Positions 46,945 to 60,163 of a stretch of 64,000 nucleotides of DNA are shown here, piece after piece. Made by a program: the position numbers and the translations under genes. The stretch's first letter is position 1, and every line of letters starts with the position of its first letter. Source of the DNA: Heptranchias perlo (taxonomy: Eukaryota); the NCBI RefSeq assembly GCF_035084215.1, contig NC_090340.1, forward strand, positions 14,508,001-14,572,000, read 5' to 3'. A model generated the notes under the pieces. It was not told the origin of the DNA and searched no databases. It saw nothing but the letters and a program-made list of their open reading frames with translations.

Positions 46945-48692
46945 AAAGGAGCTCTACTCATGGAGGTATAGGGCATGGCCGAAGTATTAAATGAGTACTG
47001 CATCTGTCTTTACCTAGGAAGAAGATGCTCTCAGGGTCTCAGTAAAGGAAGATATAGTTGAGATATTGGATGGGCTAAAAATTGATAAAGATGAGATAAT
47101 TGAAAGGTTAGCTGTACTTAAAGTAGATAAGTCACCCGGTCCAGATGGGATGCATCCTAAGTTGCTGGGGGAAGTAAGGGTGGAAATTTTGGAGGTACTG
47201 GCCATAATCTTTCAAACATCCGTAGATACAGGGGTGGTGCCAGTGGACTGGAGAATTGCAAATGTTACACCCTTGTTCAAAAAAGGGTGTAAGGATAAAC
47301 CCAGCAAATATAGGCCAGTCAGTTTAACCTCAGTGGTGGGGAAACTTTTAGAAATGATAACCCGGGACAGAATTAACAGTCACTTGGACGAATGTGGATT
47401 GATTAGGGAAAGACAGCACGGATTTGTTAAAGGCAAATCGTATTTAACTAAGCTGATAGTTTTTTGATGTGGTAACAGAGAGGGTAGATGAGGGCAATGC
47501 AGTTGATGTGATATACATATGGACTTTCAAAAGGTGTTTGATAAAGTGCCGCATGGTAGGCTAATCAGCAAGATTGCGGCCCAATGAATAAAAAGGGCAG
47601 TAACAACATGGATACAGAATTGGCTAAGGGGCAGGAAACAGAATAATGGTGAACGGTTGTTTTTTAGACTGGAGGGAGGTGTACACTGGTGTTCCCTAGG
47701 GGTCGATGCTGGGATCACTGCTTTTCTTGATATATATTAATGACTTGATGTTCAGGGCACAATTTCAAAATTTGCAGATGACGCAAAACTTGGAAGGGTA
47801 GTGAACAGTGAGGATAATAGTGACAGACTTCAAGAGGATATAGACAGGCTGGTGTCATGGGCGGACACATGGTAGATGAAATATAATGCAGAAAAATATG
47901 AAGTGATTCATTTTGGTGGGAAGAACGAGGAGAGGCAATATAAACTAAAGGGCACAACTCTAAAAGGGGTACAGGAACAGAGAGATCTGGGGGTATATGT
48001 GCACAAATTGTTGAAGGTGGCAGGGCAGGTTGAGAAAGTGGTTTAAAAAGCATACAGGATCTTAGGCTTTATAAATAGAGGCATAGAGTACAAAAGTATG
48101 GAAGTCATGATGAACCTTTATAAAACACTGGTTCGGCCACAACTGGAGTATTGTGTCCAGTTCTGGGCACCACACTTTAGGAAAGATTTGAAGGCCTTAG
48201 AGAGGGTGCAGAAGAGATTTACTAGATTTACCAGGGATGAGGGACTTTAGTTAGGTGGATGGACTGGAGAAGCTGGGGTTGTTCTCCTTGGAACAGAGAC
48301 AGTTGTGAGGAGATTTGATAGAGGTATTCAAAATCATGAGGGGTCTAGACAGAGTAGATAGAGAGAAACTGTTCCCATTGGCGGGAGGGTGAAGAACCAG
48401 AGAACATAGATTTAAGGTGATTGGCAAAGAACCAAAAGGTGACATGAGGAAAAACTTTTTTACACAGTGGTGGTTAGGATCTGGAATGCACTGCCCGGGA
48501 GGGTGGTGGAGGCAGATTCAATTATGGCCTTCAAAAGGGAACTGGATAAGTACTGAAAGGAAAAAAAATTGCACGGCTGGGGGGATGGGGCGGGGGAGTG
48601 GGACTAGCTGGATTGCTCTTGCATAGAACCGGTGCAGACTCGATTGGCTGAATGGCCTCCCTCTGTGCTGTAACCTTTCTATGATTCGATGC
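46945..48692 (+). mobile_element. 5'-truncated CR1 LINE
   Basis: ORF 47066 has KSPGPDGMHP and YRPVSLTS; tail ctttctatgattcgatg. Confidence 0.9.
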
Positions 48693-49094
48693 TCTTAGAG
48701 AGCATGAATAGGTAATACTCACCAACCAATTACCTAACTGCTGTCCTGTGACATCTCTCCTCCAGGCCTTCATACCTGCGGTGGGTTGGAAGGGCGGGGG
48801 CTGTTCCGGTGCTTCCTCCGGGCCGCTGGGGTGGGGGTGGGGGTGGGGGGATTCACGCGAGTACTCTGCGCTGCTCGCTCTCTCTCTGCTGCTCCTTTAC
48901 GCCGGGCCGCTGGGGGCGATTCCAGCGCTTTTTCCTCCCGGGGGATCAGCAATACTGAGCTGGGCTCCGATGATTTCCAACATCCTGCCAATGATCACTG
49001 CCCAAGCTCAGACATAAAGAATGGCCGAGAGAGTCCATTTTACCCCCGCATGAGTCAGGGATGAAGGGTGAATTTAAAAAAAAATGAATCTTAC

Positions 49095-49214
49095 CTGATT
49101 TATTCTCTTCCACTTTCCATTTCCCTGGTACCTGGGTTCACTCTGATTTTCCCACACAACTTTCAGTCGCCTGGTTAATGCAGTCAGATGTTTGTCAGCT
49201 GTCTCTTCCATTGG
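49095..49214 (-). other. candidate orphan exon (120 nt, phase 0-0)
   Basis: ttatttacag acceptor and CAG|gtaaga donor; only one frame open: PMEETADKHLTALTRRLKVVWENQSEPRYQGNGKWKRINQ. Confidence 0.3.
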
Positions 49215-49841
49215 CTGTAAATAATTTTGTCATTAAACCATGAATCTATAAGGATGCACGACTGGGATGTAAAACGAGGAACATTTTTTTAGCTGCGATT
49301 TTCTGTATAAAATGTTTTCTTGGACTGATTTGACCATTTTTGCAATGTTGCGTCTGGAGAGATAAAATTATCATGAAGCATTTCAAATGGAACTCTGGAA
49401 GCTACTCGTCTGAACCGCCTCCACTTTTACATTAACCTACTCTGTCAAAATTTGTATTGTTCGCTTTTCCCATACAGTAACTTATATCAATCACCTGGCA
49501 GTGGACTAAATGCTTGCGGCTACAAACCAAACATAGTGGTGTACATATATAGAAAGGAAACAAAGGTGGTTGATCTCACTATTTTCATTAGGGACGTGCA
49601 TCTTTAACTGCACCGTGATAAGATTCTGTTCAGAGTCGCTGCTCTTTACACATAAATATCTACACCAACAAAAAATACTCCTCGCAGCCAGAAAAACAGC
49701 CTTCAGCTATGGAACATCAAATCCTAATGGCAAACATGTCTCTTTGCCAATACTGTTTAACCTGTTGGCTTTGAGTAAGCCTGGTTAGGGCCATTAAATT
49801 TAGCATCTGGAACATCAAAATGGGTTGCGAATTATGAATCG

Positions 49842-49980
49842 GGTACGGTAGTGCAGTTGTTATTTTACTGGACTCGTAATCCAGAGGCCTGGTTCAATAT
49901 TCCACAGAAAGTAAACTCATATCCTATCATGAAGGTTTGAGAATTTGAATTAAGTTTTTTGTAAATCCGGAAATAAAAAG
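49842..49980 (+). mobile_element. degenerate tRNA-like head of the family B type
   Basis: tagtgcagttgttattttactggactcgtaatccagaggcctgg resembles 51172-51215. Confidence 0.55.
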
Positions 49981-50349
49981 GAATAGCCAGCTGCCCTATG
50001 TAAGCCCTTCTATACACTGCAGGAAGATGCCCATCAAATAGCTGACGAAGGATCTCTGAGGCTGGGAATGGCAACTGCTGGGCACCATTACCTGGATGAT
50101 GAGTAGATGAACAGTTGCACATAGATCCAAGGTTGATGTTTACGTTCACTGGCTTAGGCGAATATACTCACGTTTAAAGTAAGTTGATTTACTGACAGCA
50201 GGAAGAGTTTCAGGTAACTCCGAGCTGCTAAACAATGCCTCAAGTCAGAATCTGCCAGCCAGCTAATGCCCGACTCGTGACTATCCTCCTGGATCAAAGG
50301 GAAGTAATGGGAGACACTGACTGACTTTGCCTCCTGGTCCCCCAATGCC

Positions 50350-50730
50350 TCAAATTTTAAAATACACATCCTCATGATCAAATTTCTTCATGGCATCGAC
50401 CCTCGTAATCTCCGTTACCTCCCCCAGACCCACAGCTCCGAATCCGGCCTTTGGAGCATCCCCCTTCCTTCGCCCCACCATTCGCTGTGGTCCATCCGGC
50501 CATCGAGGTCCTACATTCTGGGGTTCTCTCTCTAAACCAATCTGCCTCGCCACCTCTCTCTCTGCTTTAAGACCCTCCTTAAAACCCATCTATTTGACCA
50601 AGTTTTCAGTTATCCCCACTGATACGTCCTTCATAGGCTCGGCCTACATTTTTGTCTGTTTCGGCGTCTATGAAGCGCCTGTGGACGTTTATGCCTTTTA
50701 AAGCCGCTATATAGATGCAAATCGTTGCTG
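50350..50730 (+). mobile_element. L2 3' fragment
   Basis: Ends tgaagcgcctgtggacgttt..gctatatagatgcaaatcgttg, the L2-type tail seen reversed at 7205. Confidence 0.6.
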
Positions 50731-51162
50731 AGTGGAAATGAAACCCGAGTATAGGTACTTCATAACGGTTTAATTGTATTGCTTAAAACAACTCAATCTT
50801 TCCAGCCTGGCTGGTGCTAAGTGTTTCTGCAGGCGTCACCTATGTGTGATATCTCACCTTTTATTTAGAAAGTCACCTCATTTCCTGATGTATTTAAGTA
50901 TATTGGAGCTCTTGATGAGGTTGCGTTAATGTCAGATATAAACCATGGAATGGATCAGCATAATAGAGTGGCTGTGCTGGTTTAGCCGATAACAACCCAG
51001 CACGATCCCTATGCACAGGTGGGGTTCCGATCCCTTGTCTCTGGTTAAGTGATGGCCAGGGGATGCATTTAGACTTCAATTTACACGTTAGTGCAAAGTT
51101 GTGTGGGCGCTCATCAATTCAAAGGTAAATATATAACTCAGAAGACTAACAAGCATACTAAA

Positions 51163-54100
51163 GGTGTAAGATAGTATAGTGGTTATGTTACTGGCCTAGT
51201 AATCCAGAGGCCTGAACTAAAAATCCAGAGTCATGAGTTCAAATCCCGCCACGGCATCTGGTGAATTAATTCAATTAATTAAATAAAAATCTGGAATTAA
51301 AATACTAGTATCAGTAATGGTAGCCATGAAACTACTGGATTGTTGTAAAAACCCATCTGGTTCACTTTGCCCTTTAGGGAAGGAAACCTGCTGTCCTTAC
51401 CCGGTCTGGCCTAAATGTGACTCCAGACCCACAGCAATGTGGTTGATTCTGAAATGGCCTAGTAAGCCACTCAGTTGTAAAATCTCGCTATGAAAAGTCA
51501 TAATAAGAATAAAACCGGATGGACCACAAGGCACTGGACATGACAATGGCAAACCAAGCCCAGTTGACCCTGCAAAGTCCTCCTCACTAACATCTGGGGG
51601 CATGTAGCCAAAATTGGGAGAGCTGTCCCAAAGACTAGTCAAGCAACAGCCTGACATAGCCAAACTCACAGAATCATACCTTTCAGCCAACATCCCAGAC
51701 TCTTCCATCACCATCCCTGGGTATGTCCTGTCCCACACAGCAGGGCAGACCCACCAGAGGTGGTGTTACAGTGATATACAGTCAGGAGGGAGTGGCCTTG
51801 GGAGTCCTCAATGTTGACTCTGGACCCCATGAAATCTCATGGCATCAGGTCAAACATGGGCAAGGAAACCTACTACTGTCTTTCCTCAGCTGATGAATCA
51901 GTCCTCCTCCCTGTTGAGCACCACTTGGAGGAAGCACTGAGGGTAGCAAGGGCACAAAATGTACTCTGGGTGGGGGACTTCAATGTCCATCACCCAGAGT
52001 GGCTCGGTAGCACCACTGATGGCAGTAGTCCTGAAGGACATAGCTGCTAGACTGGGCCTGCGACAGGTGGTGAGCGAACCAACATGAGGGAAAAACTTAC
52101 TTGACCTCGTCCTCACCAATCCACCTGTCGCAAAGGCATCTGTCCATGACAGTATTGGTAGGAGAGACCACCGCACAGTCCTCGTGGAGACGAAGTCCCA
52201 TCTTCGCACTGAGGACACCATCCAACGTGTTGTGTGGCACGACCACCGTGCTAAATGGGATAGATTCAGAACAGATCTAGCAGCTCAGAACTGGGCATCC
52301 ATGAAGCACTGTGGGCCATCAGCAGCAGCAGATTTGTATTCCAGCACAATCTGTAACCTCATGGCCCGGCATATTCCTCACTCTACCATTACCAGCAAGC
52401 CAGGGGATCAACCCTGGTTCAATAAGGAGTGTAGAAGAGCATGCCAGGAGCAGCACCAGGCGTACCTAAAAATGAGGTGCCAACCTGGTGAAGCTACAAT
52501 TCAGGACTGCATGCATGCTAAACAGCGGAAGCAACATGCTACAGACAGAGCTAAGCGATTCCACAACCAACGGATCAGATCAAAGCTCTGCAGTCCTGCC
52601 ACAATCCAGTCGTGAATGGTGGTGGACAATTAAACAACTAACAGGAGGAGGAGGCTCTGCAAACATCCCCATCCTTAATGATGGCAGAGTCCAGCACGTA
52701 AGTGCAAAAGACACGGCTGAGTGGTTTGCAACCATCTTCAGCCAGAAGTGCCGAGTGGATGATCCATCTCGGCCTCCTCCCGATATCCCCACCATCACAG
52801 AAGCCAGTCTTCAGCCAATTCGATTCACTCCACGTGATATCAAGAAACGGCTGAGTGCACTCGATACAGCAAAGGCTATGGGCGCTGACAACATCCCAGC
52901 TGTAGTGCTGAAGACTTGTGCTCCAGAACTAGCTGCCCCTCCAGCCAAGCTGTTCCAGTACAGCTACAACACTGGCATCTACCCGACAATGTGGAAAATT
53001 GCCCAGGTATGTCCTGTCCACAAAAAGCAGGACAAATCCAATCCGGCCAATTACCGCCCCATCAGTCCACTCTCAATCATCAGCAAAGTGATGGAAGGTG
53101 TCGTCGACAGTGCTATCAAGCGGCACTTACTCACCAATAACCTGCTCACCGATGTTCAGTTTGGGTTCCGCCAGGACCACTCGGCTCCAGACCTCATTAC
53201 AGCCTTGGTCCAAACATGGACAAAAGAGCTGAATTCCAGAGGTGAGGTGAGAGTGACTTCCCTTGACATCAAGACAGCATTTGACCGAGTGTGGCACCAA
53301 GGAGCCCTAGTAAAATTGAAGTCAATGGGAATCAGGGGGAAAACTCTACAGTGGCTGGAGTCATAACTACCACAAAGGAAGATGGTAGTGGTTGTTGGAG
53401 GCCAATCATCTCAGCCCCAGGACATTGCTGCAGGAGTTCCTCAGGGCAGTGTCCTAGGCCCAACCATCTTCAGCTGCTTCATCAATGACCTTCCCTCCAT
53501 CATAAGGTCAGAAATGGGGATGTTCACTGATGATTGCACAGTGTTCAGTTCCATTCGCAACCCCTCAAATAATGAAGCAGTCCGAGCCCGCATGCAGCAA
53601 GACCTGGACAACATCCAGGCTTGGGCTGATAAGTGGCAAGTAACATTCGCGCCAGATAAGTGCCAGGCAATGACCATCTCCAACAAGAGAGAGTCTAACC
53701 ACTTCCCCTTGACATTCAATGGCATTACCATTGCCGAATCCCCCACCATCAACATCCTGGGGGTCACCATTGACGAGAAACTGAACTGAACCAGCCATAT
53801 AAATAATGTGGCTACGAGAGCAGGTCAGAGGCTGGGTATTCTGCGGCGAGTGACTCACTTCCTGACTCCCAAAGCCTTTCCACCATCTACAAGGCACAAG
53901 TCAGGAGTGTGATGGAATACTCTCCACTTGCCTGGATGAGTGCAGCTCCAACAACACTCAAGAAGCTCGACACCATCCAAGATAAAGCAGCCCACTTGAT
54001 TGGCACCCCATCCACCACCCTAAACATTCACTCCCTTCACCACCGGCGCACAGTGGCTGCAGTGTGTACCATCCACAGGATGCACTGCGGCAACTCGCCA

Positions 54101-54429
54101 AGGCTTCTTCGACAGCACCTCCCAAACCCGCGACCTCTACCACCTAGAAGGACAAGAGCAGCAGGCACATGGGAACAACACCACCTGCACGTTCCCCTCC
54201 AAGTCAGACACCATCCCGATTTGGAAATATATCGCCGTTCCTTCATCGTCGCTGGGTCAAAATCCTGGAACTCCCTTCCTAACAGCACTGTGGGAGAACC
54301 GTCACCACACGGACTGCAGCGGTTCAAGAAGGCGGCTCACCACCACCTTTTCAAGGGCAATTAGGGGTGTGCAATAAATGCCGGCCTCGCCAGCGACGCC
54401 CACATCCCATGAACGAATAATAAAAAAAA
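51163..54429 (+). mobile_element. full-length family B LINE: tRNA-like head, single APE-RT ORF (frameshifted) and poly(A)
   Basis: APE starts ~51570 (KVLLTNIWG..LGELSQRLVKQQPDI..LTESYL, GDFNVHH); RT has YRPIS, LDIKTAFDRVWH, GVPQGSVLGP and MFTDDC; no ORF1. Confidence 0.92.
51172..51247 (+). promoter_or_regulatory. internal type 2 RNA polymerase III promoter (A box and B box)
   Basis: A box TAGTATAGTGG at 51172-51182; B box GAGTTCAAATCCC at 51235-51247. Confidence 0.7.
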
Positions 54430-54609
54430 TGTGGTGCTCCGTTCCAGACGGACATATCGCATTGGTTTGAGTTTACAGAAACCGCCTCTAACAGCTTAGG
54501 TTTCCTGGTTTAGCTGCAAAAAATCCACCCCTGCATCAAAGCGTGCTCTTCACAATGTGCAACTAAAACTACATCTATGGATTTCTAAGCAATTTACTTC
54601 AGACACTTT

Positions 54610-56770
54610 GGGGGTTAAATTCGATAACGCCCCAAACCAGCGATGCAGGCAACACATGAGATTCGTGCTGCCTGATGATTACTACCTACAGCCAGAGCTA
54701 CCCGTGCTGCTGAGAGGCTGCAAGCACAAGCAGGATGCCTGAAATGGGGCGTGGCCATCACTTGTTAAAGGCAGTCTGCACCTCTTAATGGGGAGATGCG
54801 CATTCAATGAGAACAGTGCAGTATGGCAGGAAGGATTGCTGGACTGGCAAGAGAGCATGGCCCAAGATTCTCTAACGATGCACTGGAGGCCCTGATGGAG
54901 GGAGCTGATGAAAAGAGGATTATCCTGTCCACACAGGGTGGTAGGAGACCCTTCAAACACCAGATGTAGAGGCAGTGGCCCTGGAGGTGAATGTCAGGAG
55001 CAGTGCACTGTGCACGTGGGTGCAGTGCATAAACAAGTTCAATGAATTGACATGATCGGACAAGGTGAGTGAATGCAAGTGTCAAGTGGCACAGCCTACC
55101 AACTGCACCAATGCTCCATGCACGACACCCCCACCCCCCCTCACCCACCCACCAACAAATGCTGCCCATCGGTATGCAATGCTGCACCTCACCCTCACAT
55201 AGAACCACACTTGCAGGCCACACAACCACGACACAAACAGGTCACACACACTGGCAGCCATTCAAACATGACAGGCACATCACCCAGACACCTTGAAGGA
55301 TACTCACTGACACACTTCCCTCTGTCTTGCAGGAGAAGGTGGCGCATAACAGCTGGCAGCAGGGGAGTCCCAAGGGAGGACAGGCACGCCTACACATCCT
55401 CACCCCCTGGAGGATACAGTGTTGCACATCATTGGATGGACCATTGTTGTGGACGTGGCCACCGGCAGTGCTGGAGATCCTGATGAAGGGGTTCTCTGCA
55501 TACCAAATCCTCCTTCTCGTTTCCCACATCACCCTCATTCCACAATCTTTTGTGACGCACTTGCTGCAGATGGTGTCAGCAAGCACATCTTACTTGCTCC
55601 TCTCCCCACTGCACAACTCAATCCGTTTCCCTTTGTCATTGCAGATACCCAAGATCTGCAGCCGGCATGGTCCGAGGTGGAGGAGGAGAGGGACACTGAT
55701 AACAAAGCCACACCATCACTCGATCTGACTCTCACATCCACCAACTCAGATACTGACACTGTGCGTCCTGTAGAGGCTAGGTTAGAGGAGGGATCGGCAC
55801 ATGGTCAGACACCAGGCACAAGTGCGCAGGAGCTGGGGCGGGGGGAATGGATACCACAGGTGCCAGCTTGCCAGAGGGCGAGGTCGCAGGATGATTCTGC
55901 TGCCGAACGGTCAGATGATGACTTTGATGGGCCAGGCTACAGAAGACGGCTGATGGGCGTACACCACCAAATGCTTGGTGCACTGGAAAGTCTGCCAGAA
56001 AGTCTGTGCACAATATCAAGGAGCATGGAGGATTCCACCTCGAACGTGGCACAGGCCTTTGCACAGAGTTTGGAGCCCACCCTTACCAACATGGAACAAG
56101 TGGTCTGCTCCATCAGCACACCTGAGGAACCCACCATGATGCAGCGTTTGATGGCCAATGTCATGGCTTCCATTGCAGCACAAACTGATATCATTAAAGG
56201 TCTGCACAATTCAGTTGAAGCTCAGACTGCTGCAAACATGACTCTGGGTACCACTGTGGAACGGGGCTTCCAGGGTGTCACAGCATTACAGCAACCCCTT
56301 CTCCAGCTGATCATCAGGCGTGCTAAGGCGCCACCCCATGTGAGTCACAGTGGCGCCATGGCAGTTGAACCTGCTGTCCTCTGTCCGGATGGCAGCATTC
56401 CTGCTCCCATCCCTGTCACACTGCCAGTGCTCTTGCTGTTGCCTATCAGCCAGCCAGGCCAGACTGCTGCAGCCCATGCCGAGATGGTGCAGTCTGAAGC
56501 CAGGTCCTCTCGGCCCAGAGCTGCTTGAGGACGTCCTCCAAGGCCATCCACCTCCATGGAAGGTCAGCAGCCTCCCACCATCCATGCTCCAGCCACTGGT
56601 GGTGCTCCTCGTAGGAGTGCTAGGATAGGTAAAGGCACATGAACACCTGGCACTAATGGAATGCACAAGGGTGAATAGTCTCATTTTGTTTGCCTCATTT
56701 CATGTGTTAATTTATAAACGTGAATTTGAATCTGCATTTGGTGGTGGTTTTTATTTCTGCGATGAGCTGA
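54610..56770 (+). mobile_element. Harbinger-derived fragment carrying a decayed spliced Myb/SANT gene
   Basis: PRFSNDALEALMEG and QCINKFNEL motifs; intron 55065-55332 (gtgagt..ttgcag); long 3' exon overlaps ORF 55419..56528. Confidence 0.65.
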
Positions 56771-56804
56771 GGGAAGAAGCAATGTGTAATACATACAAAC
56801 ATGC

Positions 56805-57688
56805 ATAAGAACATACGAATTAAGAGCAAGAGTAGGCCAATCGGCCCATCAAGCCTGCTCTGCCATTTAATAAGATCATGGCTGATCTGAATGTGACCTC
56901 AACCCTACTTTCCTGTCCACCTACTATAACCTTTGACTCCCTTGTTAATCAGGAATCTATCTAACTCAGCCTTAAAAATATTCAGTGACCCTGCCTCCAC
57001 CGCTCTCCGGGGAAGGGAGTTGCACAGACTCACGACCCTCTGAGAGAAAACATTTCTCCTCATCTCTGTCTTACATGGGAGACCCCTTATTTTTAAACTG
57101 TGGCTCCAAGTTCTAGTCTCTCCCACAAGGGGAAACATCCTCTCAGCGTCTACCCCTTCTAGTCCCCTCAGGATCTTATGTATTTCAATAAGATCACCTC
57201 TCATTCTTCTAAACTCCAGTGTATACAGGCCCAACTTGTCCAACCTTTCCTCATAAGATAACCCCCTCATCCCAGGAATCAGTCGAGTGAACATTCTCTG
57301 AACTGCCTCCAAAGCAATTATGTCCTTTCGTAAGTAAGGAGACCAAAACTGCACACAGTATTGTCGATGTGGTCTCACCAATGCCCCGTACAACTGTAGC
57401 AAAACATCTCCACTTTTATATTCCATTCCCCTTGCAATAAATGACAATATTCCATTTGCCTTCCTAATCACTTGCTGTACCTGCATGCTAACTTTTTATG
57501 ATTCATGTACGAGAACACCCAGATCCCTCTGTACCTCAGAGTTCTGCAATCTCTCTCCATTTAAATAATATACTGCTTTTCTATTCCTCCTGCCAAAGTG
57601 GACAAGTTCACATTTTCCCACATTACACTCCATCTGCCAAATTTTTGTCCACTCACTAAACCTATCTCTATCCCTTTGCAGACTCCTT
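56805..57688 (-). mobile_element. 5'-truncated CR1 LINE
   Basis: ORF 56905..57486 has RT C-terminal motifs; cataagaacatacgaa tail. Confidence 0.9.
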
Positions 57689-59678
57689 GGGGGGAAAAAT
57701 CCGATAGGGGCTGTTTTTGGGTGTAGGTAGCGTGATGCGCTATTACCCTGCACCCAATGGCCCCTGCGCAGGCAGGACGCACGTTTGGACCCACCCGAGG
57801 ACTTACCTGCAATCAGTGTTCCTTTCCAGGCCTTGCACGTGGAATTAATGCAATTCACACTTTCCACCACCAGAGGGAGGTCAATCTCTTAAAAGGAAAG
57901 CTTGTGAATTTAAAATAAAATTGCTGGACTATAACTTGGTGTTGTAAAATTGTTTACAATTGTCAACCCCAGTCCATCACCGGCATCTCCACATCTTAAA
58001 AGGAGGATATTTCTTCGCAATCTCTTAAAGGTAGCTGCTACATGTTATTTGCTGAAAATAACAGTCTACTGTCTGCACTGAGTCTGAACAGAGATCAGAC
58101 ATTGCACACGTAAAACACAGATGCAGGTCCCATCCCTATGTTTACACAATGATGAGTTATGTTAAAACAGTGAATGAAGCTCGCACACTACTAAATCCCA
58201 CATCCTCCAATCTGCACGTGAGACCGCACCAATCCACCGATCCGAGTTGGCACTAGGCCTGCGAGAGTGCATGCACCAAGGTTCTCTGCTGATGCACGAG
58301 AGACCTTGGTTGCAAGAGGTGGACAGAAGGAGGGACATCCTAAATCTGCAGGCAGGGGAGTTGGCGGGGTGGGGTGGGGTGGCGGGGCAAGATGCCCTCC
58401 AGCCATATGCTCATGAGGCAGTGGCAGGATGCGGGGGACAGTGGGCGGTGAAGTCAATGCCAGGCGCACAGCATCATGAATATGGAGGCAGTGCAGGAAG
58501 AAGTTCAATGGTTTGACATGAGTGGTCAAGGTGAGTGAGGTCAACTGTCAAGTGGCATCTCCTACCAACTGCACCACACACCACACCCTCCATTCCCCAC
58601 ATACCAATAAACTCTTTCCATCACTAATCAACTCTTTCAATCAGATGCTTCCTCTCACCCTTACACATTACCATGGCTCAAGCCATCCACCCACAACTCA
58701 CAGGCCACACACACTGGCAGCTATTCAACCATGACAGGCACATCACCCAGACACACGTCCCACTTTCTTGCAGGAGAAGATGGCGCATATCAAAATGCAG
58801 TAAGTGGCCGAGGCATTTAGCTCATCGAGCCAGTCCCGCCATTCAATGAGATCATGGTGGCACTGTGACCCAACTCCATTTACCCGCCTTAGCCCCATAT
58901 CCCTTAATACCATTGGTTCACGGAAATCTATCAATCTCAGATTTAACATTCACAAGTGAGCTTGCATCAACTGCCGTCTGCAGAAGAGCATTCCAAATGT
59001 CTCCCACCCTTTGCATTTAGAAACATTTCCTAACTTCACTCCTGCACATCCTGGCTCTAAATGTTAGGCTATGTCCCCGCGTCCTAGTATTGAGGTCTAG
59101 GAGACCTCCAAAAAACAGTTACAAATGTCTCGGCAGCCAGAAGCAATAATCCAGCAACTAACCTGTAAATCCTGCATGATCCCTTTAAAAAGCGCTGGTG
59201 AATGGCCCTCCAGGCACTCTAAGACAGGTTCAGATGGTCGGGGTTAAGACTGTGCATTGATTTGGGCGTGAAGTCCCAAAATGGTGTCTATCACTTTAAA
59301 TCAGTGTTGCACACTGATTCTCCCTACTTTACATGATTCCAGCATTCATTATCTGCGCCTGCACTAACTCCTATACCAAGATGGCATCTGGTGCACGTCA
59401 CGATGGAAACGTGTGTGTGCATCCAAGACACCATCTTGGATGTCAGAGTGTCCGTGTAGCACCGAAACAACGGGGGCTACATCGCGCACTTTAGCACCCA
59501 GCGAACCCCCCACCTCCACCGCGTTCTTTATCTGCGCATGCGCAATAGTCTTTAACAAGATGGCGTCCCACGCACGTCACGCTAGATGGGTGTGCGCGCA
59601 TTCCACACGCCATTCTGGGTCTTTGGGAGGCTGCGTAGTGATTAAACAACCGGCGCTATACGGCCGAATTTATAGCCC
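57689..59678 (+). mobile_element. second Harbinger Myb/SANT derivative containing nested insertions
   Basis: HAPRFSADARETLV, EVDRRRDIL and QCRKKFNGLT; intron 58531-58773 at the same position as in the 54610 element; CR1 tail fragment at ~58805-59090. Confidence 0.6.
57898..57993 (+). mobile_element. Penelope-like insertion C (single arm, truncated inside the hammerhead)
   Basis: aagcttgtgaatttaaaataaaa..ccccagtccatcaccggcatctccaca; 11-bp TSD tcttaaaagga at 57887-57897 and 57994-58004. Confidence 0.82.
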
Positions 59679-60163
59679 TGTGTATCCTGAGTTCTATAAA
59701 ATAAACGTCCACGTCCATGGATCCAAGAATTAAAACGAAAGTTCGAATCACTTTTGCTTCCTGTATGCTTCATTTTTACAAGGCATCGCAATTGAATCAT
59801 CTACTGGAATGGATGTATTCCTGGAAAGAGAAGGGAATTTGGATTTGCCAATGAAGAGAGAAATAAATCGATATACATCCACAGTCTGACGTGAGTTGAA
59901 CCTGAGCATCTCCAACCATTTGAATTAAAGACTGGATTCCAAAGGTAGCCTGCTGTAAACGGTGTGGGTATTCTTTTGTAACCAGTATCTAATGTCCAGT
60001 TTCTCTCTTGAACAAACAGTTATAAACATGAGATCTGTGGTAGGGATTCCATGATTGTTTATGTGAAGGGAGAGGCGTGCAGCACAGAAGGTAGAAGACT
60101 GGCAAAGTAAGGATTGACGCTATTGGGTTAATTATGTTTTCTTGCTGTGACTGTCCAAATGTA

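Noticed and set aside
51172-51255. tRNA gene
   Set aside because: A and B boxes are present, but I cannot fold a clean cloverleaf and there is no downstream T terminator; the sequence continues into a LINE. The same applies to the SINE head at 13978
55419-56528. 369-aa ORF as a host gene
   Set aside because: Lies within a Harbinger-like unit whose upstream SANT exon has stops and frameshifts
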